DNA from: Heptranchias perlo
Lineage: Eukaryota
Direction: 5' to 3'
NCBI RefSeq assembly: GCF_035084215.1
Contig: NW_027139623.1
Span: forward strand, 930,001 to 994,000
Length of the DNA stretch: 64,000 nucleotides
The translations under genes and the position numbers were made by a program. Below the pieces are notes generated by a model. That model was not told where the DNA came from. It saw only the letters and a list, made by a program, of their open reading frames with translations, and did no database searches. This document shows positions 38,050 to 52,171 of this stretch, in pieces (the stretch's first letter is position 1; every line of letters starts with the position of its first letter).

Positions 38050-41000
38050 TTCGAGCCCAGAACTCTCACACACATGTGAGTTTAATACATGCAGTATCCA
38101 TTCAAATAGTGTACCATTCGAATACAAATTGCTAGTGCAAAACTCACGTACAGTATCAGATTGAGAAATGCTGTGACAGTGTAACCTGAGAAACAAATTA
38201 GATACCAGTTTATAATACACTCATAGTATGAGATTAAAAGATACTGTATCAATTCTGTTCATCCAGACCGAGATACACATTACACACGAGTCCAAAAATC
38301 TTATGAAACAAAGTTTAAAGTTACAGTATCAATTCCTTTAGTGCAGACTGATCTACACATTAAATACCAATTCACAATATCATTTTGAAAGATTCATTAT
38401 CATTCACAATAGTAATCACAGAAATACACATTTAATACGAGTCCAAAAAGCACACAAATTATCTGATTGAAACTTCCAGCATCAAATCCTAAAGTGTATC
38501 CATTAGGACCAATTAAATAATGTGAAAAACTATTTAAACATTAAGACATTAAAGCTACAGTATTGAACGCCATAATGTAATCTGAGAGAATAATTCCATA
38601 CAGATACAGAATGAATCTTACACTCAGATACAGTACAGAGACACACAGATACAGAATGAATCTCACACTCACATACAGTACGAGAGGTTGCCAGACATAA
38701 ATTCAATCCCACACTGAAGTACGGTACAAGAGATGACAGATACAGAATGAATCCCACACTGGCCATACAGTACCAAGGACTGACAGATATCAAGTTCATC
38801 CCACACTCTCATAAAGCACTCGAGACTTACAGGTAAAGTATGAATCCCACATTCACACATAGTACCAGAGACTGACAGATACAGATTGAATCTCACACTC
38901 ACACACAGCACCAGAGACTGACAGATACGGAATGAATCCCACACTCACACACAGTACCTGAGAACTGCAGATATAGAATGAATCCCACACTCACACACAG
39001 TACCAGAGACTGACAGATACAGAATGAATCCCACACTCACACACAGCACCAGAGACTGACAGATACAGAATGAATCCCACACTCACACACAGTACCAGAG
39101 ACTGACAGATACAGAATGAATCCCACACTCACACACAGTACCAGAGAATGACAGATACAGAATGAATCTCACACTCACACACAGTACCAGATACTGACAG
39201 ATACAGAATGAATCCCACACTCACACACAGTACCAGAGAGTGACAGATACAGAATGAATCCCACACTCACACACAGCACCAGAGAATGACAGATACAGAA
39301 TGAATCCCACACTCACACACAGTACCAGAGATTGACAGATACAGAATCAATCCCACACTCACATACATTATGAGAAACTGCTTATATGGAAATAATTCAA
39401 CACCCACACACAGTACTAGAGAATGTATATACAGAATGAATCCCACACTCAAATTGAGTACCAGAGAGTGACAGATACAGCATGAATCCCAAACTCACAT
39501 GCAGTACCAGAGACTGAGAGATGCAAGGTGAATCTCACAGTCACCTATATTCGTGCAGGCTGAGTTACAAATTACTTACCAGAGCAAAAATCTCACAGTC
39601 ACAGATTGAAAGATAACGTATCAATTCCATCAATGCAGGCTTGGTTGCACATTACGTACCAGTCCAAAAATCTCACAGTGTCAGATTGAAAGATACAGTG
39701 TCAATTCCATTAATGCAGACTGAGCTACACATTAGAAACCACGACAACAAAACTGTTACAGATTCAGACTGAAATATACAGTATTCTATTCATGCAGACT
39801 GAGCTCCACATTATATACAAGTTCAAAAATGTCACCATATCAGTTTGGAAGATGCACAAATTCACAATTGTTTTCCCATCGATACAGATTTAATAGTAGT
39901 CCAAAAATAGATGCCCACATTATCTGATTATATCCGACAGCATTACATTTTAAAATATATCATTATCTACTAATTAAAGACTGGGAAATAATATTCATAC
40001 ATTAAGGTTTTAAAGATACAGATTTGAACACCATACTGTAAACGGAAATACAAATTAGATACAGATAAAGAATGAATCTCACACTCCGATAGAGTGCCAG
40101 AGACTGATATATGGAATGAATCCCAAACTCATACAATCTACCAGAGACTGACAGATTCAAAATGAATCCCACACTCACACATTATCGCACAGACTGACAG
40201 ATACAGAATTTCTCTCACTGATCCACAGCATCAGAAATTGTTAGATACAGAATGAATGTCTCACCCACACACAATACTAGAGACTGACAGATACAGAATG
40301 AATCCCACACCCACACACAATACCAGAGACTGACAGATACAGAATGATTCCCACACTCACATAGAGTACCAGGAACAGAATGAATTTCACTCACATACAG
40401 TAGCAGAAACTGACAGATACAGAATGAATATCACAGTCACATTACTGCAGACTGAGTTACACTTTACAGACCAGTCCAAAGATCTCCTGGTGCCAGATTG
40501 AAAGATACAGTATAAATTCCATTAGTGCAGACTGAGCTACATATTAGATATATTGGTAAATACTCAGTATTATACTGAAATAAATAGTATCAATACCATT
40601 GGTACAGACTGAGCTACACATTATATACCAGTCCAAAAACCTCATAAATGAGCAGACAGGAAGATACAGTTTCAATTCTATTCGTACCGCCTGAGCTGTA
40701 CAATACATACAAGACTGAAAATCCCATACAACATTAGACTGAAAGATACAGTATCGATTTCATTAGTGCAGACTGAGCCACACATTATATAGCAGTCCAA
40801 CAATCTCATATCCTATCAGACTCAAAGATACAACATCAATTCCATGAGCACAGACTGAGCTACATGTTACTCACCAGTCCTAAAATCTCAGAGAATCAGA
40901 TTGAAAGATTCAGTATCACTTCCATTTTTGAAGACTGAGCTACACATCACATTCCAGTCCAAAAATCTCATACAGTATCAGACTGATAGATAGAGTATCA

Positions 41001-43130
41001 ATTCCTTTAGTTCAGGATGAGCTACATATTGCTTACCAGTCCAAAAATCTCACACAGTGTTCGACTCCGATACAGAATTAGTCCCATTATTGCAGACTGA
41101 ACTACACATTACATACCAGTCCAGTAATTTCACCATGAACAGATTGAAAGGTACATTGTCATTCACAATAGAGTTTAGAGATTAATATGTATTACTACTC
41201 CAAAACTCACACACATTCTTTGATTAAAGAAAATCAAAAGAAATCCATATTTACAAATTAAATAATCAACGGAGAACTATATATAATTTAAAGTATTAAA
41301 GATACAGTTTCAAATAAGATACTGTAAACTGAAATAAGAATACAGAATGAATTCAGACTTGCACATTTTCTCAGAGACTGAATTACAGAATGAATCCCAC
41401 ACTGAGATAAAGTTGCAGAGAATGGCAGATACAGAATGAATCCCACATTCACATACAGCACCAGAGACTGACAGATACAGAATGAATCCATCACTTATAT
41501 ATAGTACCCCTGAGACTCACAGATGCAGAATATACACCAAGCTCACAGTCAGTACCAGAGACTGACAGATACAGAATGAATCCATCACTTGTATATAGTA
41601 CCCCTGAGACTCACAGATGCAGAATATACACCAAGCTCACAGTCAGTACCAGAGACTGACAGATATAGAATGAATCCTACACTCACATACAGTACCACAA
41701 ACAGAATGAATCTCACTCACGCACAGTATCAGGGACTGACAGATATGGAATGAATCCCACACTCACCCACCATACCAGGAACAGAATGAATCTCACTCAT
41801 GCACAGTACCAGGGGTTGACAGATAAAGAATGAATCTCACACTCACAAACAGTACCAGAGACTGACAGATACAGAATGAAGCTCACACTCACATACAGTA
41901 CCAGAGACTGACAGATACAGAATGAATCTCACACTCACAAACAGTACCAGAGACTGACAGATGCAGAATGAATCTCACAATCACATTACTGCAGACTGAG
42001 TTGCGCATTACATACCAGTCCAAAAATCTCATCGTGTCAGATTGAAAGATACAGTGTCAATTCCATTGGTGCAGACTGAGCTGCATATTCGATATATTGG
42101 TAGTACTCATGTTATACTGAAATAAACATTATCAATACCATTGGTACAGACTGAGCTACACATTACATTCGAGTCCACAAACCCCATAAATGATCAGACT
42201 GGAAGGTATAGTTTAAATTCTATTCACACCACCTGAGCTAAAATTAAATAACAGCCCAACAATCTCATACAATATTAGACTGAAAGATACAGTATCGATT
42301 CCGTGAGTGCAGACAGGGCCACAGATTATATAGCAGTCCAACAATGTCACAACATATCAGACTCAAAGATACAATTTCAATTCCATTAGCCTAGACTGAG
42401 CTATATGTTACTCACCAGTCCAAAAGTCTCTCACAGTGTTAGACTCCGACACAGAATTCATCCCATTATTGCAGTCTTAGCTACACATTACATACTAGTC
42501 CAATAATTTCAACGTGAACAGATTGAAAGGTACATTATCATTCACAATAGATTTCAGAGATTAAGATGTAATACCACTCCAAAACTCACACACATTGTTT
42601 GATTAAAGAAAATCGAAAAGTGCATCCATATTATCAAATCAAATACTCGACAAAGAACTGTATATAATTTGGAGTGTTAAAGATACATTTTCAAGTACGA
42701 TACTCTGAACTGAAATAAGAATATGGAATGAATTCAGACTTGCACATTGTCTCAGAGACTGAATTACATAATGAATCCCACACTGAGATAAAGCAGCAGA
42801 GAATGGCAGATACAGAATGAATCCCACTCACACTGACAGTACCATAGACTGACAGGTACATAGTTAATTCCACACTCACGCACAGCACCAGAGACTGGCA
42901 GTGATGGAATTAACCTCACACTGACATAAAGCACCAGAGACTGTCAGATACAGAATAAACTCCACTCTCATATACAGTACCAGAGACAGACAGACAGGTA
43001 CAGAATAAACACCACTCTCAAAAACGGTACCAGAGACAGACAGATACAGAATAAACCTCACTCTCATATACAGTACCAGAGACTGACAGATACAGAATAA
43101 ACCCCACTCTCATGTACAGTACCAAAAACT
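38050..43130. repeat. Compound satellite: four modules of [about 82-bp array, AT-rich linker, 46-bp array]
   Basis: 46-bp period measured at 38975/39021/39067; 82-bp unit ccagtccaaaaatctc..gactgaaagatacag..gcagactgagctacac. Confidence 0.9.
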
Positions 43131-43409
43131 GACCTCTACTGGACGTAAGCGAGAACTGTAAAAAAGCGGAACAAATTCACATTATCTGTCGTGGTTGCAG
43201 AAACAGGACAGTGTGCAATGTGAGGAAAGTTTCTGTCTGTAACTTTTACTCTCGTATTTTTGCACATTTTGACGGTGAAACATGAAGACAATTGATTCAT
43301 AATAAAGTTTTTCTTTCACTCATTCGATAGTTGTGAATTTGCCCCATTATATTTCACTGTACATTGCGCAGTGTTTCTCTCTGATTTCCCACGACACGAT
43401 TTAAATTGC

Positions 43410-46355
43410 TCCTCTACCCCATTTAGACTCTTATTTTCCAAGCAGTATGTGGCCTCCTTATTCCCCCTCGCGAAATGCCCCACCTCACACCTTTCTATAT
43501 TGAAATTCAATGGCCATTTCCACGGCTGTTCTGCAAGTTTATTTTGTCCCAGTCTTCCTCAGTATTGACAATACCCCCGAAATCAATTACAAGAATTTAA
43601 CACAGCATTAGAAGTAGTGTTTGGTCAAACAAAATGTACTTGCAGCTCGTCTCCATTCCCAGTTTTTCTAAATCCCACCCGTACAATATAATGTGAAGAA
43701 TGAGTTTATCTTCTGTCCCTCTCTCATCTGTAAACTTCAATGACCCGGGGTTTGGGGACATCTACTGGCCGGAAGCAGAACTGCAACAGTTCGGAACAAA
43801 TTGCTGAAACCGGACAAGGTGCAGTGTGAGCGTGTTTGTGATTGGTGGCAGGTATTAAATCTGATTTTTTTATACCTGTCCATTAAACTTTACTGTTTGT
43901 TACTGAACAGTAAACAGAGCCGGACAGAAAGGATGTGGGGAGTTACAAAGAGCATCTATTGCAGGCATCAGGTGAGAAGTTTGAAGGACTCATTTTAAAC
44001 AGCGGCTGTTTTGTTTCGGTTGAACTGTTCATTCCAAGGGAGAGGGAATTAGAAATCTGATGTGTGCAACGGTCCCGTCCACATCGGTAGTCCCATTCAT
44101 TGATCAGTGCAGCGGTTGGGTTGTGTCTGGATGTCACTAAATTGTTGTAAAACAGCCCAACACACCTGGTGTGCAGAAGCTGAGTGCTGCAGGACTGCAG
44201 TGGAGTCAGACACTGACACTTTGTAACGCTGGTTTTCATTTGTGGTTATTACAATGATTATTAACAGAGATTCAATTGATCAGTTTTGTATTTTCTACTT
44301 TACCTGTTCTTGAATTACAAGACATACTTTTTCTTCCTACAGTTAAATCCTTGAAGGACCCAGAATCAGTGTGATGTTTACTCCACCCGGGGCACAAAGA
44401 GCAGTCAGTGCAGCCAGCTCCTTCTCACACACAGTAGGTACCTTATCACTCACAGAGCACAGAGACACAGACAAGTCATCAGTCCCACAGTCTCAGACAG
44501 CAGAAATAGTCAGTCGCGCACTGATCCCAATCCAACAGTCAAAGAGAGCAGGAGAGAAAGACATAATTCCCATTTCACAATGACTCAGTATCGCTGACCG
44601 GCAGATAAATATTTCCCAGTCCAAAATCACACCCAGTATCAGATTGAAAGGCACGGTGTTAATCTCACATTCGTTCAGCCTTAGCTGCAAATTAAATACC
44701 AGGTAGAACTGACACATGGTACTGATCGATAGATACAGAATGAATCACAATAGTGTACTCCAAGATTCAAATTAAATACCAGCCCACAACTCACACACAT
44801 TATGAGTTTAAAGATGCCATATTCATGACAATAGTGTACACTGAGATATAAATTAGATACCAGTTCAGATGTTACCCATATTTGACTCACATATGTCCAA
44901 AAACCTCATAGTGTCAGAATGAAATGTACAGTTTCAATTCCTTTACTGCAGGCTGAGGTACACATTAGATACCAGTCGAAAATTCCCATACAGTATCAGA
45001 TTGAAAGACACTGTATCAATCCCATTATTGCAGACTGAGCTACACATCACATACCAGTCCAAAAATCTCAGTGTCAGGTTGAAAGATACACTATCAATCC
45101 CATTAGTGCAGATGGGGCTACACATTATATACCAGTCCAAAATTCGCATAAGGTATCGTACTGGAAGATACAATATTAATTCCTTTACTGCAGACAGAGG
45201 TTCACATTAGATACCTGTCCAAAAATCACATACAGTATCATACTGAAATATATAGTATCGATTTGATTAGTACAGACTGACCGACACGTTACATACCAGT
45301 ACAAAAATCTCACAAAGTGTCAGACTGGAAGATACAGTATCAATTCCATTAGTGCAGACTGAACTATACCTTACAAACCAGTCTAAATATATTGCGCAGT
45401 GTCAGACTGAAAGGTACAGTATGAATTCCATTAGTGCAGACTGAGCTACACATTATATACCGTCCAAAATTCACATACATCATCATACTGAAACAGACAG
45501 TGTGAATCCTATTAGTGTAGACTCAGCTACACATCAGAAACCAGTCCAAAAATCTCTCGCAGTGTCTGACTGAAAGTTAGAGTGTCAATTCCATTAGTAC
45601 AGTCTGAACCACACATTTCATACCAGTCGAAAAATCTCATAGTGTCAGACTGAAAGATACAATATCAATTCCACTAGCCCAGACTGAGCTACACAATAAA
45701 TACCAGTCCAATAATTTCACAGTAAAAGATTGAAATGTACATTATCTTCACAGAGATTAAAATGTAATCCGACAACAAAACTCACACACGTTGTTTGATT
45801 AAAATAAAATCCGAAACTGTATCCATATTTACAAATTAATGCTAGATGAAAGATTTGCATACATTAATGACTTAAAGATACAGTTTGAAACACCATACTG
45901 TAGCCTGAAATAAGAATACAGAACGAATCCAGACTTGCACTTTGACCAGAGACTGAGTTACAGAATGAATCCAAACTGAGATAAAATACCAGAGACTGAC
46001 AGTCAAAGAATGAATCCCACACTCACAGATAGCACCAGAGATTGACAGATACAGAATGAATCCCACACTCACACACATTCCCAGAGATTGACAGTCACAG
46101 AATGAATCCCACACTCACATACAGTACCAGAGACTGAGAGATACAGAATGAATCCCACACTCACAGACTGTACTGGAGACTGACGGATACAGAATGAATA
46201 TCAAACTCACATACATTACCACAGATTGACAGATACAGAATGAATCCCACACTCACAGACTGTACTGGAGACTGACGGATACAGAATGAATATCACACTC
46301 ACATACAGTAACAGAGACTGACAGACAGAGAATTAATCCCACACTCACATGCAGT
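43410..46355. repeat. Histone-repeat unit copy 2: H2B upstream region fused directly to the post-cluster spacer, then satellite
   Basis: 43415-43866 matches 48700-49127; sequence from 43890 matches 37150 and 57750 onward; 82-bp array 44800-45740 and 46-bp array 45910-46355. Confidence 0.85.
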
Positions 46356-46584
46356 CTGACATCTACTGGCCATAAGTGAGAACTGTGACAGAGTGGAACA
46401 AATTCACATTATCTTTCGTCGTTCCAGATTCAGGACAATGTGTCATGTGAGGAAATAGTTTCTCTCTGTAACTTCTACTCTCGTACTTTTTCATATTTTG
46501 TCCGTGAAAAATTAGACAATTGATTCATAATAAAGTTTTTGTTTTGCTCATTCGAAAGTTGCCCCATTGTGTTTCACTCTACAT

Positions 46585-46879
46585 AACGAGGGGGCACAGA
46601 TTTAAGGTGAGAGGGGAGAGATACAAAAGGGTCCAGAGGTGCAATTTTTTCACTCAAAGGGTGGTGAGTGTCTGGAACGAGCTGCCAGAGGCAGTAGTAG
46701 AGGCGGGTACAATTTTGTCTTTTAAAAAGCATTTGGACAGTTACATGGGTAAGATGGGTATAGAGGGATATGGGCCAAGTGCAGGCAATTGGGACTAGCT
46801 TAGTGGTATAAACTGGGCGACATGGACATGTTGGGCCGAAGGGCCTGTTTCCATGTTGTAACTTCTATGATTCTATGAT
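46585..46879 (+). mobile_element. CR1 LINE 3' end with (attctatg)n tail
   Basis: TRGHRFKV..FFTQRVVSVWNELP; absent from the paralogous site near 43364. Confidence 0.9.
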
Positions 46880-47029
46880 TGCACAAGATTTCTGTCTGAT
46901 TTCTCAGGACTCGATTTATATTAATTCAAATAAACCGAACTGAAACACAAATAAAAACTGAGGGCAAATCTGCAAGTTTCAACGGCGACCGTCAAAAGTG
47001 AAAGGGATAAAATATAGAAAAAATTAAAA

Positions 47030-47122
47030 CCGAAAATGCTGGAAAGACTCAGCAGGTATGGCAGCATCTGTGGAGAAGGGAAGCTCGGGTTAACGGTTCA
47101 GGACTATGACCCTTCTATAGAT
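47030..47122 (-). mobile_element. Older Penelope-type terminal fragment with decayed hammerhead-like core
   Basis: Minus strand ctatagaagggtcatagtcctgaaccgttaac..ccacagatgctgcc..cctgctgagtctttccagcattttc. Confidence 0.45.
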
Positions 47123-47599
47123 CAGAAAGGTTAATCCGACATAATTGAAATAAGGAACGGGAATCAGCAGAGGGAAAGACTTCAGAAAATCAATTAATTT
47201 CACTGAATCCGGGCAATTGTGTTCCGTATCCACTGTACTGATCAGGGCACATAATAATACAAAGGATCAGAGTTAAATTCAACGTTATGGGAGAAATAAA
47301 TGAATTTTAAAAGTATTTTTATGTAAATTTGACCCGTTTGTGTTTTGGAAACACTATCGCTCTGAACATCATCAAATTCGGTTCCAGTCTTGGTGTTTCT
47401 GAATTCAGCGAACTGTGATTCAAACCTGTTGGAATTAACTGTTTGGAAGGCAGCTCGACTCACCATTATAGCGCCTTAGTTCACTCGGAGGGAGAAATAG
47501 AGTGTTTCTGTGGAGTTTCGGACTGAATTGCTCCCTTTTGGTTTCTGGCACTTTAATCACAGACAATAAATAGTTCCCAAACATCAGCCCCTGAACAGA

Positions 47600-48530
47600 C
47601 ACAACAAGCTGATGGAGTTTCTCATTCTTTGATATTAAATAAGGTGATGGCAAAAGCGAATGGAAAGAGGTTAGGAAGAAGTCACAAAAACAATTAGGGA
47701 AGCAAACAGGAACTACGAAATCAAATTATCAAGGAATACAAAAAGAAATAGTAAATTATTCCACAGGCACAAAAATAACAAAAGGAAAATCAGAATATCT
47801 GAGGGCCACTAAGGGATGCACAAGATAAACTCACAGGTAACGTCAGTGAAATGCCAGAAATATTGAATTATTACTTTGCCTCAGTATTTACCCGGGAGAT
47901 TAACAGGGTGAACATGATATTAGAGGAAGAGGTCAATAAAGATATCAAGACATTTAAGTTAGAAAGGGTGGTTAAACTCCTGGTCCAGATGGATTGCATC
48001 CGTGCATATTAAATGAAGCAAGGGAAGAGATAGCAGAGGCACTGTTACATATATAGAAAAAATCATCACAAAAAGGAATAGTGCCAGAGGACTGGATGAC
48101 AGTTAATGTGATTCTTATATTTTAAAACAGGAGATAGAACAAGTCCAGGGAACTATAGACCAGTTAACTAAAGGCCGGTGGTCGGAATGATCATGGAATC
48201 TTTTACTCAATGTTGCAATAGAAAAATTGTAAACAATTTTACAACACCAAGTTATAGTCCAGCAATTTTATTTTAAATTCACAAGCTTTCGGAGGCTTCC
48301 TCCTTCGTCAGGTGAACGATGTGAAAATGACGAAGGAGGAAGCCTCCGAAAGCTTGTGAATTTAAAATAAAATTGCTGGACTATAACTTGGTGTTGTAAA
48401 ATTGTTTACAATTGTCAACCCCAGTCCATCACCGGCATCTCCACATCATGACTGCAATAGAAAAACATCGATAAACCGAAAATATAATAAAGAATAGTCA
48501 GCACGGATTTCAGAAAGGGAAGGTTTAACA
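47600..48530 (+). mobile_element. Degenerate CR1 ORF2 fragment interrupted by a PLE insertion
   Basis: cctggtccagatgg, ccagggaactatagaccagtt and agtcagcacggattt motifs. Confidence 0.75.
48227..48452. mobile_element. Penelope-like hairpin insertion; intact hammerhead on the minus strand at 48278-48316; 13-bp TSD
   Basis: tgcaatagaaaaa at 48214-48226 and 48453-48465; perfect inverted arms. Confidence 0.8.
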
Positions 48531-49299
48531 GTCTGACAGAAGGTTTGACAGTTTAAATTATAGTTCAACATAACTTATCTGCTTTTCAATTCTACTCCTC
48601 CAGAAACAAACCTCTGTGTTTGCTTTTTATGGACTTATCAACCTGTGTTGCTACTTTTAAAGATTTGTCAATCTGTACCCCTAAATCCCTTTACACTTCG
48701 ACTCCATTTAGACTCTTATTTTCCAAGCAGTATGTGGCCTCCTTATTCCCCCGAGCAAAATGCACCACCTCACACCTTTCTATATGGAAATTCCAAGGCC
48801 ATTTGCACCGCCTTTCAGCAAGCTTATCAAAGTCAGTATAGATAATACCCCCTAAATTCATTACAAGCATTTAATACAGCATTACAACTAATGTTTTATC
48901 TATAAAATGGTCTCCATTCCCAGTTTTTGAAAATCCCACCCGTGCAATATAATGTGAAGAATGAGTTTATCTTCTGTCCCTCTCTCATCTGTAAACTTCA
49001 ATGACCCGGGGTTTGGGGACATCTACTGGCCGGAAGCAGAACTGCTACAGTTCGGAACAAATTGCTGAAACCGGACAATGTGCAGTGTGAGCGTGATTGT
49101 GATTGGTGGCAGGTATTAAATCTGATTGGTTTCTTCAGATATCCAATCAGATCGATAAAGGAAAAATATTGTGACATCAGTCCCAATCACAATCATTGCC
49201 TTCCCTCATCCCTCATTACCATAGGGCTGTGGGGCTGCCTGTTTAATCCGAGCTCGGAGCGGATTTGGGTCATTTCTGGGTCTGAAATTGAGTTTGAAA

Positions 49300-49674
49300 A
49301 TGCCTGAGGACAAGAAAGCAGCTCCCAAGAAGGGCGCCAAGAAAACCTTGAATAAAGCACCAGCCAAGGGCGGCAAGAAGCGGAGAAAGTCGAGGAAGGA
49401 GAGTTACTCCATCTACGTCTACAAAGTGATGAAGCAGGTTCACCCCGACACCGGCATCTCCTCCAAGGCCATGAGCATCATGAACTCCTTTGTGAACGAT
49501 ATTTTCGAGCGCATCGCGGGTGAGGCTTCCCGCCTGGCCCATTATAATAAACGGCACACCATCAGCTCCCGGGAGATCCAGACCGCCGTGCGCCTGCTGC
49601 TGCCCGGGGAACTGGCCAAGCACGCCGTGTCGGAAGGGACAAAGGCGGTGACCAAGTACACCAGCTCCAAGTAA
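49300..49674 (+). CDS. H2B: Histone H2B (replication-dependent)
   Basis: [22 protein letters not shown]; intronless; 3' stem-loop. Confidence 0.98.
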   Translation: MPEDKKAAPKKGAKKTLNKAPAKGGKKRRKSRKESYSIYVYKVMKQVHPDTGISSKAMSIMNSFVNDIFERIAGEASRLAHYNKRHTISSREIQTAVRLLLPGELAKHAVSEGTKAVTKYTSSK

Positions 49675-49710
49675 AACTCAACAATGCACTGAAAAAAAAA
49701 TAAACACAAA

Positions 49711-49726
49711 GGCTCTTTTAAGAGCC
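49711..49726 (+). terminator. Histone 3' stem-loop (H2B)
   Basis: GGCTCTTTTAAGAGCC followed by ACCCA. Confidence 0.95.
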
Positions 49727-50644
49727 ACCCACAGTCTCTCTGAAGACGCTGTACCGACACCTCTGTATGGAATCATTTTACTGTAGATAGTTTGATACTA
49801 ACTGTCTCTCTATAACTCTTGTGTTTTTGTAGTTTCTCTTGAAATCTGGAAGATTCTCATAATCACAGCCCGGTTTAATCTGTGTGTCGCTTTTTTATTG
49901 AGTCCCAATAACCAAAAACGTGTCCCTGATCCTCTCATTCCCGTTCATTTTCCACCCCTTCCCCCGTGTCTGCCCCATCAGAGCCGTTTTGAGGCGGTGG
50001 ATTAGACTTCAGTCATTTCTTTCTCCTTTTCACGTTTGTTTGTTCATTATTCGGGAATATCACTTTCAGAACCGCAATCCTTTGTAAAGCAGCAACCCTG
50101 AAAGGGAATTCACACCGAGGACAGAATAGTCGAAAGGATCTGTCACTGTTCGACTTCTTACACCAGGAGTCTCGGCTCCGGTTTCGATCGCGCTGCAGCT
50201 CCTGTGAACAGGGATCAATCCACAATCTGTGGTTTGTTACTTTTACAAAGATTGAGCTGGAATCTGTCCCGTTACAAAATGGGACTTTATTCCCGCCCGA
50301 TTGAAAGCGAACGGTGAAAGAAGGCGGATTTTAACCGGATTGTAAAAGATTCTGGAAGTTGTGACGGGAAATGTAGAAAAACAGAGTAAAAGGAGAGAAA
50401 TTATTCAACCTTTGTCTTAAGGCGACATTATTTACTAAATCCGCTTCTTGTGTTACAAATATATTGGCGGGCTTTTCAAATTTCAAAAAAACGGTTCACT
50501 TCGGGATTTTCCGCCTTTTCTCATTGCCGGCTGTTGATTGGTGAATAAAACAGCTCTCTGATTGGTCAGTGCGTTCAACCAATGAGATTGAGAACAGATG
50601 GACCAATCACAATTTCCCCCACTGTTCTCCTCCAGAAGGTATAA

Positions 50645-51094
<450 letters not shown>

Positions 51095-51124
51095 AGCGGC
51101 CAAGATTTAATCTGATAACCCAAA

Positions 51125-51140
51125 GGCTCTTTTCAGAGCC
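51125..51140 (+). terminator. Histone 3' stem-loop (H2A)
   Basis: GGCTCTTTTCAGAGCC ACCCA, then purine-rich gaaagggct. Confidence 0.95.
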
Positions 51141-51669
51141 ACCCACTGTATTTATGAAAGGGCTGGTTACTGTCTGTCAAAGGACTTGATTCCGATTCGA
51201 GAAACTAACAATAACTTGTTAAATACAAATGATCCATATCGGCCTGTTGCAGTACTCGCTCCGGACCGCAGATGTCGCCAACCTCCAATAGATTGACATT
51301 TGCAGTTTGTATGGTGAATGAGACAAAATACCAGAACCGTCAGAATTGTTAACTAGGTGGGTGGGATGCAGAAATACCAGGGACGCTTGTTATTATTTAC
51401 CGTCCCATCCTCGGACAAGTCTGCCTCGGTTTGTTATTTTACCCAGACTTGTACAACAGATGCTGACTAATGTGCTGTTTATTGTATCAGCGATTGCAGA
51501 ATTAAGAATGTGAGTGAAATTTGTGTTTGGATGTGAGTGAGGTATTTATTCTGTCCATGTCCGTCTGAAATCAGCTGCCCCCCTTTATACATTTCCCATT
51601 TAAGCAAATTTCTCACGGTCCTGCCATTTCAACCCAGGAGATCACAGCTCTTTCCATCGCCGATTTGGT

Positions 51670-51685
51670 GGCTCTGAAAAGAGCC
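51670..51685 (-). terminator. Histone 3' stem-loop (H3)
   Basis: GGCTCTTTTCAGAGCC on the minus strand. Confidence 0.95.
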
Positions 51686-51718
51686 TTTGTTGCACTTGGT
51701 GCTGAAGCCGGGTCGGGT

Positions 51719-52171
<453 letters not shown>

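Larger units (their letters stand above)
35270..43410. repeat. Histone-repeat unit copy 1 (gene-less), paralogous to 53650-62340
   Basis: 35270-35757 matches the H4-H1 spacer 53650-54129, then jumps to about 56120-56260; collinear afterwards. Confidence 0.85.

Noticed and set aside
38590-39540. CACAGTA/CACAGTG in satellites as V(D)J recombination signals
   Set aside because: No ACAAAAACC nonamer at 12- or 23-bp spacing and no flanking V/J segments.
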